Source: Eledone cirrhosa
Lineage: Eukaryota
Reading direction: 5' to 3'
Assembly: GCA_964016885.1 (NCBI GenBank)
Contig: OZ024742.1
Coordinates: forward strand, 121,024,001 to 121,088,000
DNA: 64,000 nucleotides
The notes under the pieces: model-generated
Databases searched by the model: none
What the model was told of the DNA's origin: nothing
What the model saw: the letters and a program-made list of their open reading frames with translations, nothing else
Translations under genes and position numbers: made by a program
Shown: positions 51,742 through 62,169 of the stretch, piece by piece
Layout of the letters: each line of letters opens with the position of its first letter
Position numbering within the stretch: position 1 is the first letter of the stretch

Positions 51742-52505
51742 GGTTTAGCGTCCGTGTTCCACGCTTGCATGGGTTTGGACGGGGGTTTTCCCACTTGAGG
51801 CAAGAGTGGTTGTCTTGCTCGCATAGGACTGTCTGGCGGGTTTTCTACAGTTGGATGCGCTTCCTAACACCAACCACATTTACAGTGTGGGGCTGGGAGG
51901 TTTTTACCGTGTTGCCTACACGGCCACATTACAGCGTGGACTGTCTGGCGGGTTTTCTACAGCTGGATGCCCTTCCTAACACCAACCACATTTACAGTGT
52001 GGGGCTGGGAGGTTTTTACCGTGTTGCCTACACGGCCACATTTACAGCGTGGACTGTGTGTTTTTTTGTCGTGACACCTACACGAACTCATTTGTTTCGG
52101 CCTGGATGTTGTGGGACCAACATAACTGTACATTGAAAGGGGCGGTGTGGATGGGGTGGAGGTGGTGGGACGGGGGGGTGTTTTGATAGAGATGCCTACT
52201 GACTGTAGTAGGTTTTTACTTTGTATTTAGGTAAGGCGGGTCTTCTCTATTACTGAGTACCGCCAAAGGTCTCGGTCCAGTGACATTGTCTTGGAGAGGT
52301 GTAAGCGTGTGAGGTCGGAATTTATCAGCTCGTCCCATGTTTTTCTGGGTCTGCCTACTCCGTGGCTACCGTCTATCTTTATTGCCCTGCACTTTGTTAT
52401 ACAGCTGTCGTCTTTCATGCGCATCACGTGACCATACCAACCTAGCCTTCTCTCGAGTAAACAACATCTGATCCCTCTTATTTCTAATTTTTTTCCTTAG
52501 TTCGT
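51710..52505 (-). mobile_element. RTE LINE 3' end with a 112-bp tandem duplication in the UTR
   Basis: HVMRMKDDSCI..GRPRKTWDEL; duplicated block starts 51826 and 51938. Confidence 0.92.
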
Positions 52506-52581
52506 ATCTTTTTATATATCTACGATTTAGTAAGCAGTCAAAATTCTGCTTGCCCCAAGGCTGTCGTGTGTTTGTGTGTAT

Positions 52582-52632
<51 letters not shown>

Positions 52633-52688
52633 CTTTTTATGTATCTACGATTTAGTAAGCAGTCAAAATTCTGCTTGCTCCAAAGCTG

Positions 52689-52735
<47 letters not shown>

Positions 52736-52785
52736 CTTTTCATGTGTCTATACGTTTTAGTAAGCAGCCAAAATTCTGCTTGCTT
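52505..52785. repeat. Triplicated ~60-bp unit interleaved with (TG)n
   Basis: TATCTTTT..TACG.TTTAGTAAGCAG.CAAAATTCTGCTTGC occurs three times. Confidence 0.88.
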
Positions 52786-53299
52786 CAACCGACGCAATTG
52801 ATCAATCGTTGGATGCACGGACCCTTCCCCCCTGGTAAATATTCTACTCTTTAACCACAATAAGTTTGGAAATCTTTCCTTCAGTTTATGAATAAAAATA
52901 TATCCGTTATACTGGGACACAGTTCTACAATGTGGCAGGCAGAGATAGACTTTAATTACCTATCATTTATTTTTAGTAGACATTAGTTGAAACAGCCTCT
53001 TTCTACACACTAATTTGTTGAATAAGACCCCATGAGACAAACAAGAACTGTGTCAAGGTACATCAGTATTGTAAATAAACATCTGTACCTAATTTGAAAA
53101 GTGGGGAAGGTAGTTGTAAACTTAATGTAGTGTGAACTCATTGTATTAATAGGTATTTGATTCCCATTGACATGTTATTTATCAAGCTCAAATAACTTGG
53201 TGACTTTTTGTTTATATATACATTAGCAAGTCTGTGTTTATATATATATATATATATTGGCAAGCCTGAGTTTATATAAATATATATATATATGTATAT

Positions 53300-53405
53300 T
53301 GGCATGCCTGTGTGGCTAAAAACTTTGCTTTACACCCACATTGCTCCAAGTTTGATCTCACTGCGTGACATCTTGAGCTAGTATCTTCTACTATAGACAT
53401 GAGTT
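53300..53405 (+). mobile_element. tRNA-headed SINE family C head (degenerate; related piece near 50915-51010)
   Basis: GGCATGCCTGTGTGGCTAAAAACTTTGCTT...CACTGCGTGACATCTTGAGC.AGT.TCTTCTACTATAG. Confidence 0.5.
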
Positions 53406-53430
53406 AATTTTTTATATATATATATATATA

Positions 53431-53812
53431 TGGCTTAGTGATTAGAGCATTGGCCTTGCAATCGACAGGTTGTGAGTTCAATTCTCAGACTGGGTGATAT
53501 GTTGTTTCCTTGAGCAAGACACTTTATTTCACATTGCTCCAGTTTACTCAGCTGTAGAAATGAGATGATAGGGACTGGGGTCCCTATCATTCCACTGCAA
53601 AGTGGTCGTGGAGGTGCCACGGCAAAAAAGCACCCAGCCCACACTGTAAAGTGGACGTGTAGGCGCCACAGCAAAAAAGCACCCAGCACTCACTGTAAAT
53701 GAGGTTGGTGTTAGGAAGGGCATCCAGCTGTAGAAATCAAGCCAGAATCAGTTCCCGTCCCACCCTTGCAAGCAGGGAAAAGCGGACGTAAAATGAAATG
53801 AAATGAAATGAT
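53431..53812 (+). mobile_element. Chimeric SINE: family B tRNA head and CORE/V-like body plus RTE subtype A 3' UTR, (GAAAT)n tail
   Basis: 53592-53758 is nearly identical to RTE UTRs 24397-24561 and rc 60248-60400. Confidence 0.85.
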
Positions 53813-54455
53813 ATATTCCAGCACAAAACTCTCTATTTTACAGACAACATTTCTTCTTATATATTGATAGTAATAAAAAGACAGACTTAGATAGGAGAGA
53901 GAGCAAAAACAGACAGATGGATCAATGAATAAAGAAATAAATATAGATTGACAGACATCATGAAATCACATTAACAAGACATACTTGAAAATTACAAAAC
54001 TGTACTATAAGTGCATCACATTAAAAAACAATGTCTTTACTTAAATTTACTATAGTGATCTGTCCACTAGTAAAGATACTACAAACATCTGGAATAAGCA
54101 TACCCATCTATAAATGTTTTTATTGGAGGATATTAAGAGTTAAATTAGAATATTTTAGTATTACAATGAAAGAAGTTAAATAAATAGTCAATACAGAAAG
54201 CCATTGAAGTTTTAAAAAAGGTACCCATTCAAACCAATGTTTGTACGGTAATGGCAAGAGTTCATGAAAGAAAATATAAATATAAGTTATTGAATAGTAT
54301 AGAGAACTAGATTTAGACAAAATTTCGACAAGATAATATCTTTAATCATTGTAGTTAGAGCAGAACTCTAACCAGACAATGTAAAATAGGGTAGTGGAAT
54401 GATATTGTAGAATTGGCTGAGCTATGTAGGTATTTTGAAGGTCTTAACTATATAT

Positions 54456-54685
54456 TTAACCCTTTAGCATTTACATTACTCTACATTTACTATTGTATTT
54501 TCACAGTAAAGGCTTTACCTCACATAATTATCTCACATAATATTGAATCTACGAGATTTTGATATTATTTATTTTGAGAAAAAATACCTTAATATCATTA
54601 TGAGCTGCTGCTTATGGCCAGTTTAAAGAGGAAGAGGTGAGAGAATTCTGGCCAGATACGGCTGGTTTAAATGCTAAAGGGTTAA
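54456..54685. mobile_element. piggyBac-type MITE family 1
   Basis: TTAA TSDs, perfect TIRs. Confidence 0.9.
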
Positions 54686-55775
54686 ATAAAAAGGAATGGC
54701 ATCCAGCTGTAGAAACTATGTTAAAAGTTAGAATGCACAAGCAAGATATAGTCCTTCAACCCATCTATGAGGGTAGTAACTCCAAATAAAAACTGAATGT
54801 AATGTCATGTCCAACCCATGCCAGCATGGAAAGCAGTTGTAAAATGATTATGATGATGACAATGATGTTTATGAGGGGGTGTAGGATTTTCTAAATGAGT
54901 ATTATAAATCATTATACTTTGATTCATTTATGCATTTATATAATAAAGTGGGTGTCTGCTTCATTGTTCCCATGACACTTTAGTACTATTGGTATTTCAA
55001 ACGCAAAAGAAGAAAATGTCACTGCAATGAATTCATTTTATAGAGTTTCATTGCTGACTCTGTAAATCCATTTTGGTTTTCACCAAAGTTATTTTCAATT
55101 CCAAGTTCACTTCACTTTTTCCATTAATCTACAAGAGGAATCAGTTGTCTCATTTTCACCATCCACTATAATCTTGTCTTTATAGGACAATGAGAGAACC
55201 TCTATGTAGTCACTCAGTCTGCTAGATATAGCAACCAAATCTACTTCAAATCACACACATCAGCTTGTTAATATACAAAAAGACTTTAATCGTGGGTTTG
55301 CTTGATCAGAACTGATTAGGGGACAAAACAACAATGTTGTGTGTAGGTATAATCAATTTAGATTTTATTTCTGTATAAAGCTCACCTAGAAAAGCTTACA
55401 GGAAAGACAATTAATCATACTCTAGTAATTTTTTTTTATTATATGTTCAAACATAAATAGTTCAAACATGAAAGAGTGTTATTAGAATGAACTAACAGCA
55501 AGCAAGAATTAAACAGGTCTGTGCAAGTATATAGCATGTGTTTTCTTGATGGGCGTTTTTAGTAGCAACCACTCAATCAGGGAAAGAGCTGGTTGTCTGC
55601 CAAGTATAGACATGCCTACCTATAATAAATGAGAATCCTGAAATCTAGAGTATATATATATATAGGGGCTATAGTGCTGGGACCGATACAGGGGGAGATG
55701 TAGAGTGGGTATAGAGATATATATAATCCTGACTGCAGCTCCAAGCAGTTTCAGCTTGTGTGACACAAGCCAAAA

Positions 55776-55806
<31 letters not shown>

Positions 55807-55942
55807 CGTTCGGATCTAGCTGTTGAAATGGCCGGACCTCAGCTGTCGGGGTCCTGACTCTTTTCCTATATAAATATATATACATACACACACATATATA
55901 TATATATATATACATATATATCTATATCTATATATATATATT

Positions 55943-56745
55943 GATCTTGTATACGAACAGCAATGTTACATGGCAGTGAGACATGGGCATTGTGTGCAGA
56001 GGACCTGCGCAGACTGGATAGGAATGAAGCATGCATGCTCCGTTGGATGTGTAATAGTAATAAACACAAACGGCAAAACATAAATGAACTAAGTGAGAAA
56101 TTAGGAATCAGAAGGATCAGATGCTGTTTATTCGAGAGAAGATTACGTTGGTACGGTCACGTGATGCGCATGAAAGACGACAGCTGTATAAAAAAGTGCA
56201 AGGCGATCAAAATTGGGGGAAGTTACGGAGTAGGTAGACCCAGAAAAACCTGGGACGACATGATAAAGTCTGACCTTGCACACTTGCACTTCTCTAAGAC
56301 AATGTCACTGGATCGAGATCTTTGGCGGCACGCAGTATTACAGAAGACCCACTTCCCTACGTGCAAAGTTAACCTACAGTCAGTAGGCCCCTCCAAACCA
56401 AACATACCCCAACCCACTACCCCACTCCAACACCACCCTTTCTCTATAAAGTTATGTTGGTACCACAACATCCAGTCCAAACTAATGAGATTGTGTAGGT
56501 GTCACGACAAAAAAACACACAGTCCACGCTGTAATGTGGCTGTGTAGGTAACACGGTAAAAAGTTCCCAGTCCACACTGTAAATGTGGTTGGTGTTAGGA
56601 AGGGCATCCAGCCATAGAAAACCTGCCAGATAGTCCTATACAAGCGAGACACAGTCATCCGACCAATCTTGCCTCAAGTGGGACAACTCCCATCTAACCC
56701 ATGCTAGCGTGGAAGATAGACGTTAAATGATGATGATGATGATGA
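55943..56745 (+). mobile_element. RTE LINE 3' portion (subtype B)
   Basis: ORF 55963-56547 MLHGSETW..LRWYGHVMR..GRPRKTW; UTR; (ATG)n; flanked by TA/TC repeats. Confidence 0.93.
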
Positions 56746-56807
56746 CATATCTCTCTCTCTCTATATATATATATATATACAGACACATATTATATATATA
56801 TATATAT

Positions 56808-56912
56808 TACTGAAGAAGGGTTTAAGCCCGACATGTCGAACTTTCTTTCCTCTTTTCCATATGAAACTAATAAGACTTTTTGTAGCTCTGTTTGTTGTCT
56901 CCTTGAACTATT
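56808..56912 (+). mobile_element. Penelope-type pLTR fragment with degenerate hammerhead
   Basis: CTGAAGA-A-GGG(TTTAAG)CCC-GACAT-GTC with GAAAC mutated; downstream layout like 29540-29630. Confidence 0.5.
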
Positions 56913-56917
56913 ATATA

Positions 56918-57160
56918 CTAGCGGCCTCCCGGCCTTCGCCTCGGTTTGTACTGTGCTTAAATCTATAAGGCACCTATTGGCATCTATCGTAATACCCATT
57001 TTCCTTGAAATAAAAGATGTTAAAAGGTATTTAAATATTGCATAACATAATATCAAAAATTATATTTAGAATATCTAAATACAGAAAGAAAGAAAGAAAA
57101 TAATAGAAAAATGTATTCTATGAAAATTATAAATCATTTACAGAACTTCAGTATATATAC
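56918..57160 (-). mobile_element. Helitron 3' terminus (inner boundary uncertain)
   Basis: rc CCGAGGCGAAGGCCGGGAGGCCGCTAG|T: GC hairpin plus CTAG. Confidence 0.6.
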
Positions 57161-57344
57161 AATGTTTTAAACTTTTTTCTTTGGGCTTCCTACTCTAGAA
57201 CAACCTACATACAATTGACTATGTGAGAAACAGCCCTCTTCTAGATGGAGACCAACAACCAGCAGTGTTTGACCTTAGGACTTGTTAATGGTCATTGTGT
57301 AATTGACTCTCACTGTGAAGTCCTCAGATGTGCCTTCCAAAGAG

Positions 57345-57520
57345 TCTTATCAGAAGCAACCATCTCCAAACCATCCAGATGTGTCCCCAAGTGAGACTAA
57401 TCAAGTTTATGAATGTTATTTAACTATCTTGTTCATGGTCTACCTCTGGGTCTCTTGGTTGACTTTGCCCATTAAATCTGTCCAGCAATTCTTTCCTTAG
57501 ACATTCTAACCACAGCTCCA
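57345..57520 (-). mobile_element. Expander-like RTE remnant
   Basis: rc similar to 8905-9060. Confidence 0.6.
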
Positions 57521-58074
57521 ATAAAGTGTTCTTATTTAAATTAAAATCTCCCAGCATAATTTGAGATAAGAACCTTTCGTTAACTTGTGTTACAAATACC
57601 ATCTTCATAATGAAATAATCATTTTTAGAAATCTCTCCCACTCATTTTTTAATTAATCTAAATATGTGTACTTCATTAAAAATATGGTAATGAAAGAATT
57701 CTCTTTTCTCACTGCATTTCTCAGCCATGGACCCTCCATCCTAGTCACTGTACCATTCTCTATAACTATCATTCATACACTCTCTCATAACATATAACTA
57801 CCACTACTTGTACATCTTTTCACTGCTGTCTCTCTTCCATTACTAACACCACTCTCTTATCCATTACATACAAAGTAACACTGAAAAAAAAACAATGGGT
57901 AAGACAGATTAATAACTGAACATAAAGATACATCTTGGCATACAAATTCCTGTTTTGACCAAGAGTTAATCAAGATTGGTTCAGAGGATTAGAGGCCATT
58001 ATAGTAGTGGCTGAAGAGATACAATGCCTCTGTGTACTTGCAAGAAATTTGGTGATTAGTGATGGCTCTTTCCA

Positions 58075-58460
58075 TTTCTCTTCTTCACTCACTTATTCCT
58101 GAAAAGGTAATGGAGCAGAGTCCTGAAACACCCCTTCCTGTGGGTCCTGTCAGAAGCAACCATCACCAATTGATTCAGCTGCATCCCTAAGCGAGACCAG
58201 CTGCCTACTCTTGGGTGCCCTGCCTGTTGATTTTGCCTGTAAAATCTGTCCAGCAATTCTTTCCTGAGACATTCTGACTACATGTCCATAGTGTTAGAGC
58301 TGTGATCTCTCAATTCAGAGAAGTAGCAGCTCTACCTGGAGCAACTCTCTGATCTTTGAGCTACACACTCTATTCAGTAATGTTACTCCCAAAACTCTTC
58401 AGAGGAAGTCATTTTGGCTGCTTGTATTTGCGATTGGATTCTTTTGGTCGTAACAGTAGT
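58075..58460 (-). mobile_element. Expander-like RTE 3' fragment
   Basis: rc similar to 8805-9120, extending upstream to RSQIQAAKM.FL.RV.GVT. Confidence 0.7.
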
Positions 58461-58683
58461 AAGGAAATATAATATAGAAGTTACAGTTAAAGGGAATGAG
58501 GAAGGAGGAGGATCTCCCTTTTAAACATTTTGACAGATTTGAATCTGGAGTTAGTATGTTTGCTTGCTTAGATCATGGGGCAGTTGTCAATTTACAGGTT
58601 TAGATTATGTGGCAGACACAATGTTGTTTAAAATCACTTTGAAAAAAACAGTAATTATTTCTATTGCTTGTTTTTATTTTATA

Positions 58684-59280
58684 CTAGCAGTGGTATCCGG
58701 CGTTGCACGGGATAAGGTATTGTGAAATATATAACCGCCTTAGCTAAGCTTAGTATTGCCACAACCACGGCTGGCAAAGAAGTAAGGGTCTGGTGATACA
58801 TAAGTAAGCAACACTGTGGCTTAAAACGTGAGGAAGAAGTTGTGTGCACTTACCAACTGTTTGGGAAATGAGTGTGAGATTTGTCTTGAGCAAGGGTGGC
58901 AGAATAACCGGAGGCAGCAGACAGCCAGACATACAGACATATATTATAAGGACGCATTCTGGACGCAGAGCAAATTGTAGGAAATTACATAATGCAGACA
59001 GCCAGACATACAGACAGATATTATAAGGGTGCGACGTTATATGTATGTATCTATCTAAAAAGAGAAAGACTAAGAATTATAGAGAGAGATCGCTAAATCG
59101 CCTAATGCGGTCCCTAGGGCATATAAATTTGAAAATTCTTTTGCTCAGAACACTCCCTGAAACATAAGTATTACATGTGTAAAGTTTGAAAACAGTCGGT
59201 TGGGTGGTTCTCTAGTTTTATGGATTCAAACTCACACACACACAGACAGACAGACATTCTCAGTTTCATATATATATATA
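58684..59280 (-). mobile_element. Non-autonomous Helitron, both termini
   Basis: 3' rc CCCGTGCAACGCCGGATACCACTGCTAG|T, nearly the same as 48683-48710; 5' rc TATATGAAACTGAGAATGTCTGTCTGTCTG..CAACCGAC..TTCAAACTTT. Confidence 0.8.
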
Positions 59281-59754
59281 TATATTATGTCAGGTTGCTC
59301 TCATGTGCTACTGGTAACATGTAACCCAGTACAACCTGCCTCATGGTCGGGTCATCGGCGACTTAACCGGCAACCCCACCAAGCTTGCTTGGTGAGGAGG
59401 GTGATATTTGGACACCCTACGGGATGAAATACAAGACCCGTCAAAGGGCGGAGGAATTCAGCAGAGTCAACGGTCATCCAAATAGTTTTTTTTTTTTTGA
59501 GGGCTGTTGTTGTATTTTCCATGGCAAACATTTGCACTGAAGATGTGTTGTCAGTTCCAAAAAGTGTGGTTGGTCCTACACAAGCCTTCACCACTTAAAA
59601 CAAAACTTTGTGTGAGTAGTTCACTTTCTCACATTTAACTTTTGTTGGACACTCATACATCAGATATCAACAGGAGAATCCATCATATATATATATACAT
59701 ACATTATAAATAACAATCAAAACATTCAATCAATTACAATTTACTTATTCAACA

Positions 59755-59892
59755 TTGGCAGTATCGGTAGAGGGTCAGACGCCATGCTTTGCAGCATAGA
59801 GTTATGGCCCTTTGCAGTCTGAGTTCAAATCCCGCCGAGGTTAACTTTGCCTTTCATCCTTACGGGGTCGATAAAATAAAGTACCAGTAATT
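59755..59892 (+). mobile_element. SINE family A, head and body
   Basis: TGGCAGTATCGGTAGAG A-box region, GAGTTCAAATCCC B-box, family body. Confidence 0.88.
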
Positions 59893-60133
59893 CATTTTAA
59901 ATTTTTAATGCTTTTAGCTGCTTCTAATTTTATTGCATTTATATGCCCATATTTTTCATATATAAATGTTGATTTTTATGCTTACTCCCCATATTATGTA
60001 TCCTCCTAATGTTCTTATGACAAACGTCTGATATTATATTTGTGTTTTAACCTTTATTATATACTTCAATGATTCTGGCCTTGTGCTAGGATGAAACGAT
60101 CGTAAGTGATTGAATGTTTTAAACACTCTTTGA

Positions 60134-60670
60134 TTCATCATCATCATCATCATCACCGTTTTACGTCCGTTCTTCCACGCTAGCATGGGTTAGACGGGTT
60201 GTCCTGTTGTGGGCAGTGTCTGGTCGGCTGACCATGCCTTGCTCATACAGGAACTGATCTGGCTTGATTTCTACAGCTGGATGCCCTTCCTAACACCAAC
60301 CTCATTTACAGTGAGTGCTGGGTGCTTTTTCGTGGCGCCTACACGTCCACTTTACAGTGTGGGCTGGGTGCTTTTTTGCCGTGGCACCTCCACGACCACC
60401 TTGCGGTGGGGGGGGGGGGGGGGGCATATTGTTTATATGCTTCAGCATGTACCCATGGGAGGTCGGGTACCCTGTATTACTGCGTGACGCCAGAAGTCAC
60501 GGTCGTGTGTCATTGACTTTGAGAGGTGTAGTTGGGTAAGGTCGGCTTTTATCACCTCATCCCAAGTCATCTTGGGTCTCCCCACTCCGCGGTTTCCATC
60601 AACTTCTAGTGCTCTGCACCTTTTTATGCAGCTGTCATCCTTCATACGCATCACATGTCCATACCAGCGT
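60134..60670 (-). mobile_element. RTE LINE 3' end (subtype A)
   Basis: RWYGHVMRMKDDSCIKRC..GRPKMTWDE; UTR as 24400-24668. Confidence 0.92.
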
Positions 60671-60927
60671 AATTGTTGTTTATAATGTATTTCAACTCTG
60701 TAATATACTTGTTATTTTACATTGAGCTATTCTCATACTTGTAATTGGATAATATTTAATATTACTCCCATTATATATATGTGTGTGCGTGTGTGTATTA
60801 TATTAATATATATATATATATGTGTGTGTGTGTATTATATATGTAATTGGATAATATTTAATATTACTCCCATTATATATATGTGTGTTTGTGTATTATA
60901 TATATATGTATATATATATGTGTGTAT

Positions 60928-60992
<65 letters not shown>

Positions 60993-60993
<1 letters not shown>

Positions 60994-61300
60994 GCCAAAG
61001 ATACACCCCAACCCACTACCCTACTCTATCCGTCCACTCCCACCAAAAACACCCTTTCTCTATAATGTCACGACAAAAAAACACAGTCTACGCTGTAATG
61101 TGGCAGTGTAGGTAACACGGTAAAAAGTTCCCAGGCCACACTGTAAACGTGGTTGGTGTTAGGAAGGGCATCCAGCCGTAGAAAACCTGCCAGACATGAG
61201 CAAGACATGGTCACCCGACCAATCTTGCCTCAAGTAGGACAATTCCCGTCTAAACCCATGCTAGCGTGGAAGATGGACTTTAAACGATGATGATGATGAT
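60993..61300 (+). mobile_element. RTE LINE 3' UTR only (subtype B)
   Basis: Matches 56400-56745; inside (TA)n. Confidence 0.88.
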
Positions 61301-61311
61301 ATATATATTTA

Positions 61312-61900
61312 TATATATAAAGTTGTAGTTTCTGTCTGTTGTTTGTTTGTTCACGAACTCCTCCTTTGGTTTTGGAAACAGACCCCCATAACCATATATA
61401 TTCTGAAACTACATTGCCCAGGGTACTTGGATTAGTATATTCCATTTTAATCAAAGGGTTCCCTGGGGGCACAAAACTCCGCTGAAAAGTTTTCCCTTCG
61501 ATTTATATGAAATTTAAACCATAGGTAAATGACAAGATATGATGCCTATTCACAAAATTTCAATAATATTAAGACATCCTAATGGGGGTTAAACCCCCTA
61601 TAGTGAAAATATATATATAGTTTGTTTTTTTGTTCACAAACTCCTCCTATGGCTTTGGAGATAGACCCCCATAACCATATATATTCTGAAACTACATTGC
61701 CCAGGGTACTTGGATAAATATATTTCATTTTGAAATTTAAACCATAGGTAAATGACAAGATATGATACCTATTCACAAAATTTCAGCAAATTTCATTAAT
61801 ATTAGGACACCATAATGGGGGTTATACCACCTATAGTGAAAATTGTGGAAGCCCATAACTTGAGTATTGGAACCTCTATTATCACAGGGTTTTTCTATCA
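61312..61900 (+). mobile_element. Helitron-like non-autonomous element, 5' part with internal ~285-bp duplication
   Basis: TATATAAAGTTGTAG..TCTGTCTG start resembles 47530; block 61340-61610 repeated at 61620-61845; no 3' hairpin seen. Confidence 0.5.
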
Positions 61901-62169
61901 ATTAAATGTAAATCAACAAAAAAAGTACCTCTCTTTTATAGTAATATTTGGCTAATTTAGACATTTTATCTATGGTAAAACATCACTAGAATTATGACAA
62001 CAAAAATTATTAGTTAATGCCTCTACTTTTTAATTATTTTCCCTTTATTTTTTCTCCATAAATTAAATCACTGATTTAAAATCAATCATTTTCTTACAAA
62101 AAAAATGTGTGAAACGCAGCAAGGTGCAGGTAATTCGGCTAGTATTAAATAAATATATACATATTATAT

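Noticed and set aside
59755-59840. tRNA gene
   Set aside because: A/B boxes belong to a SINE head; no cloverleaf, and it continues into the SINE body
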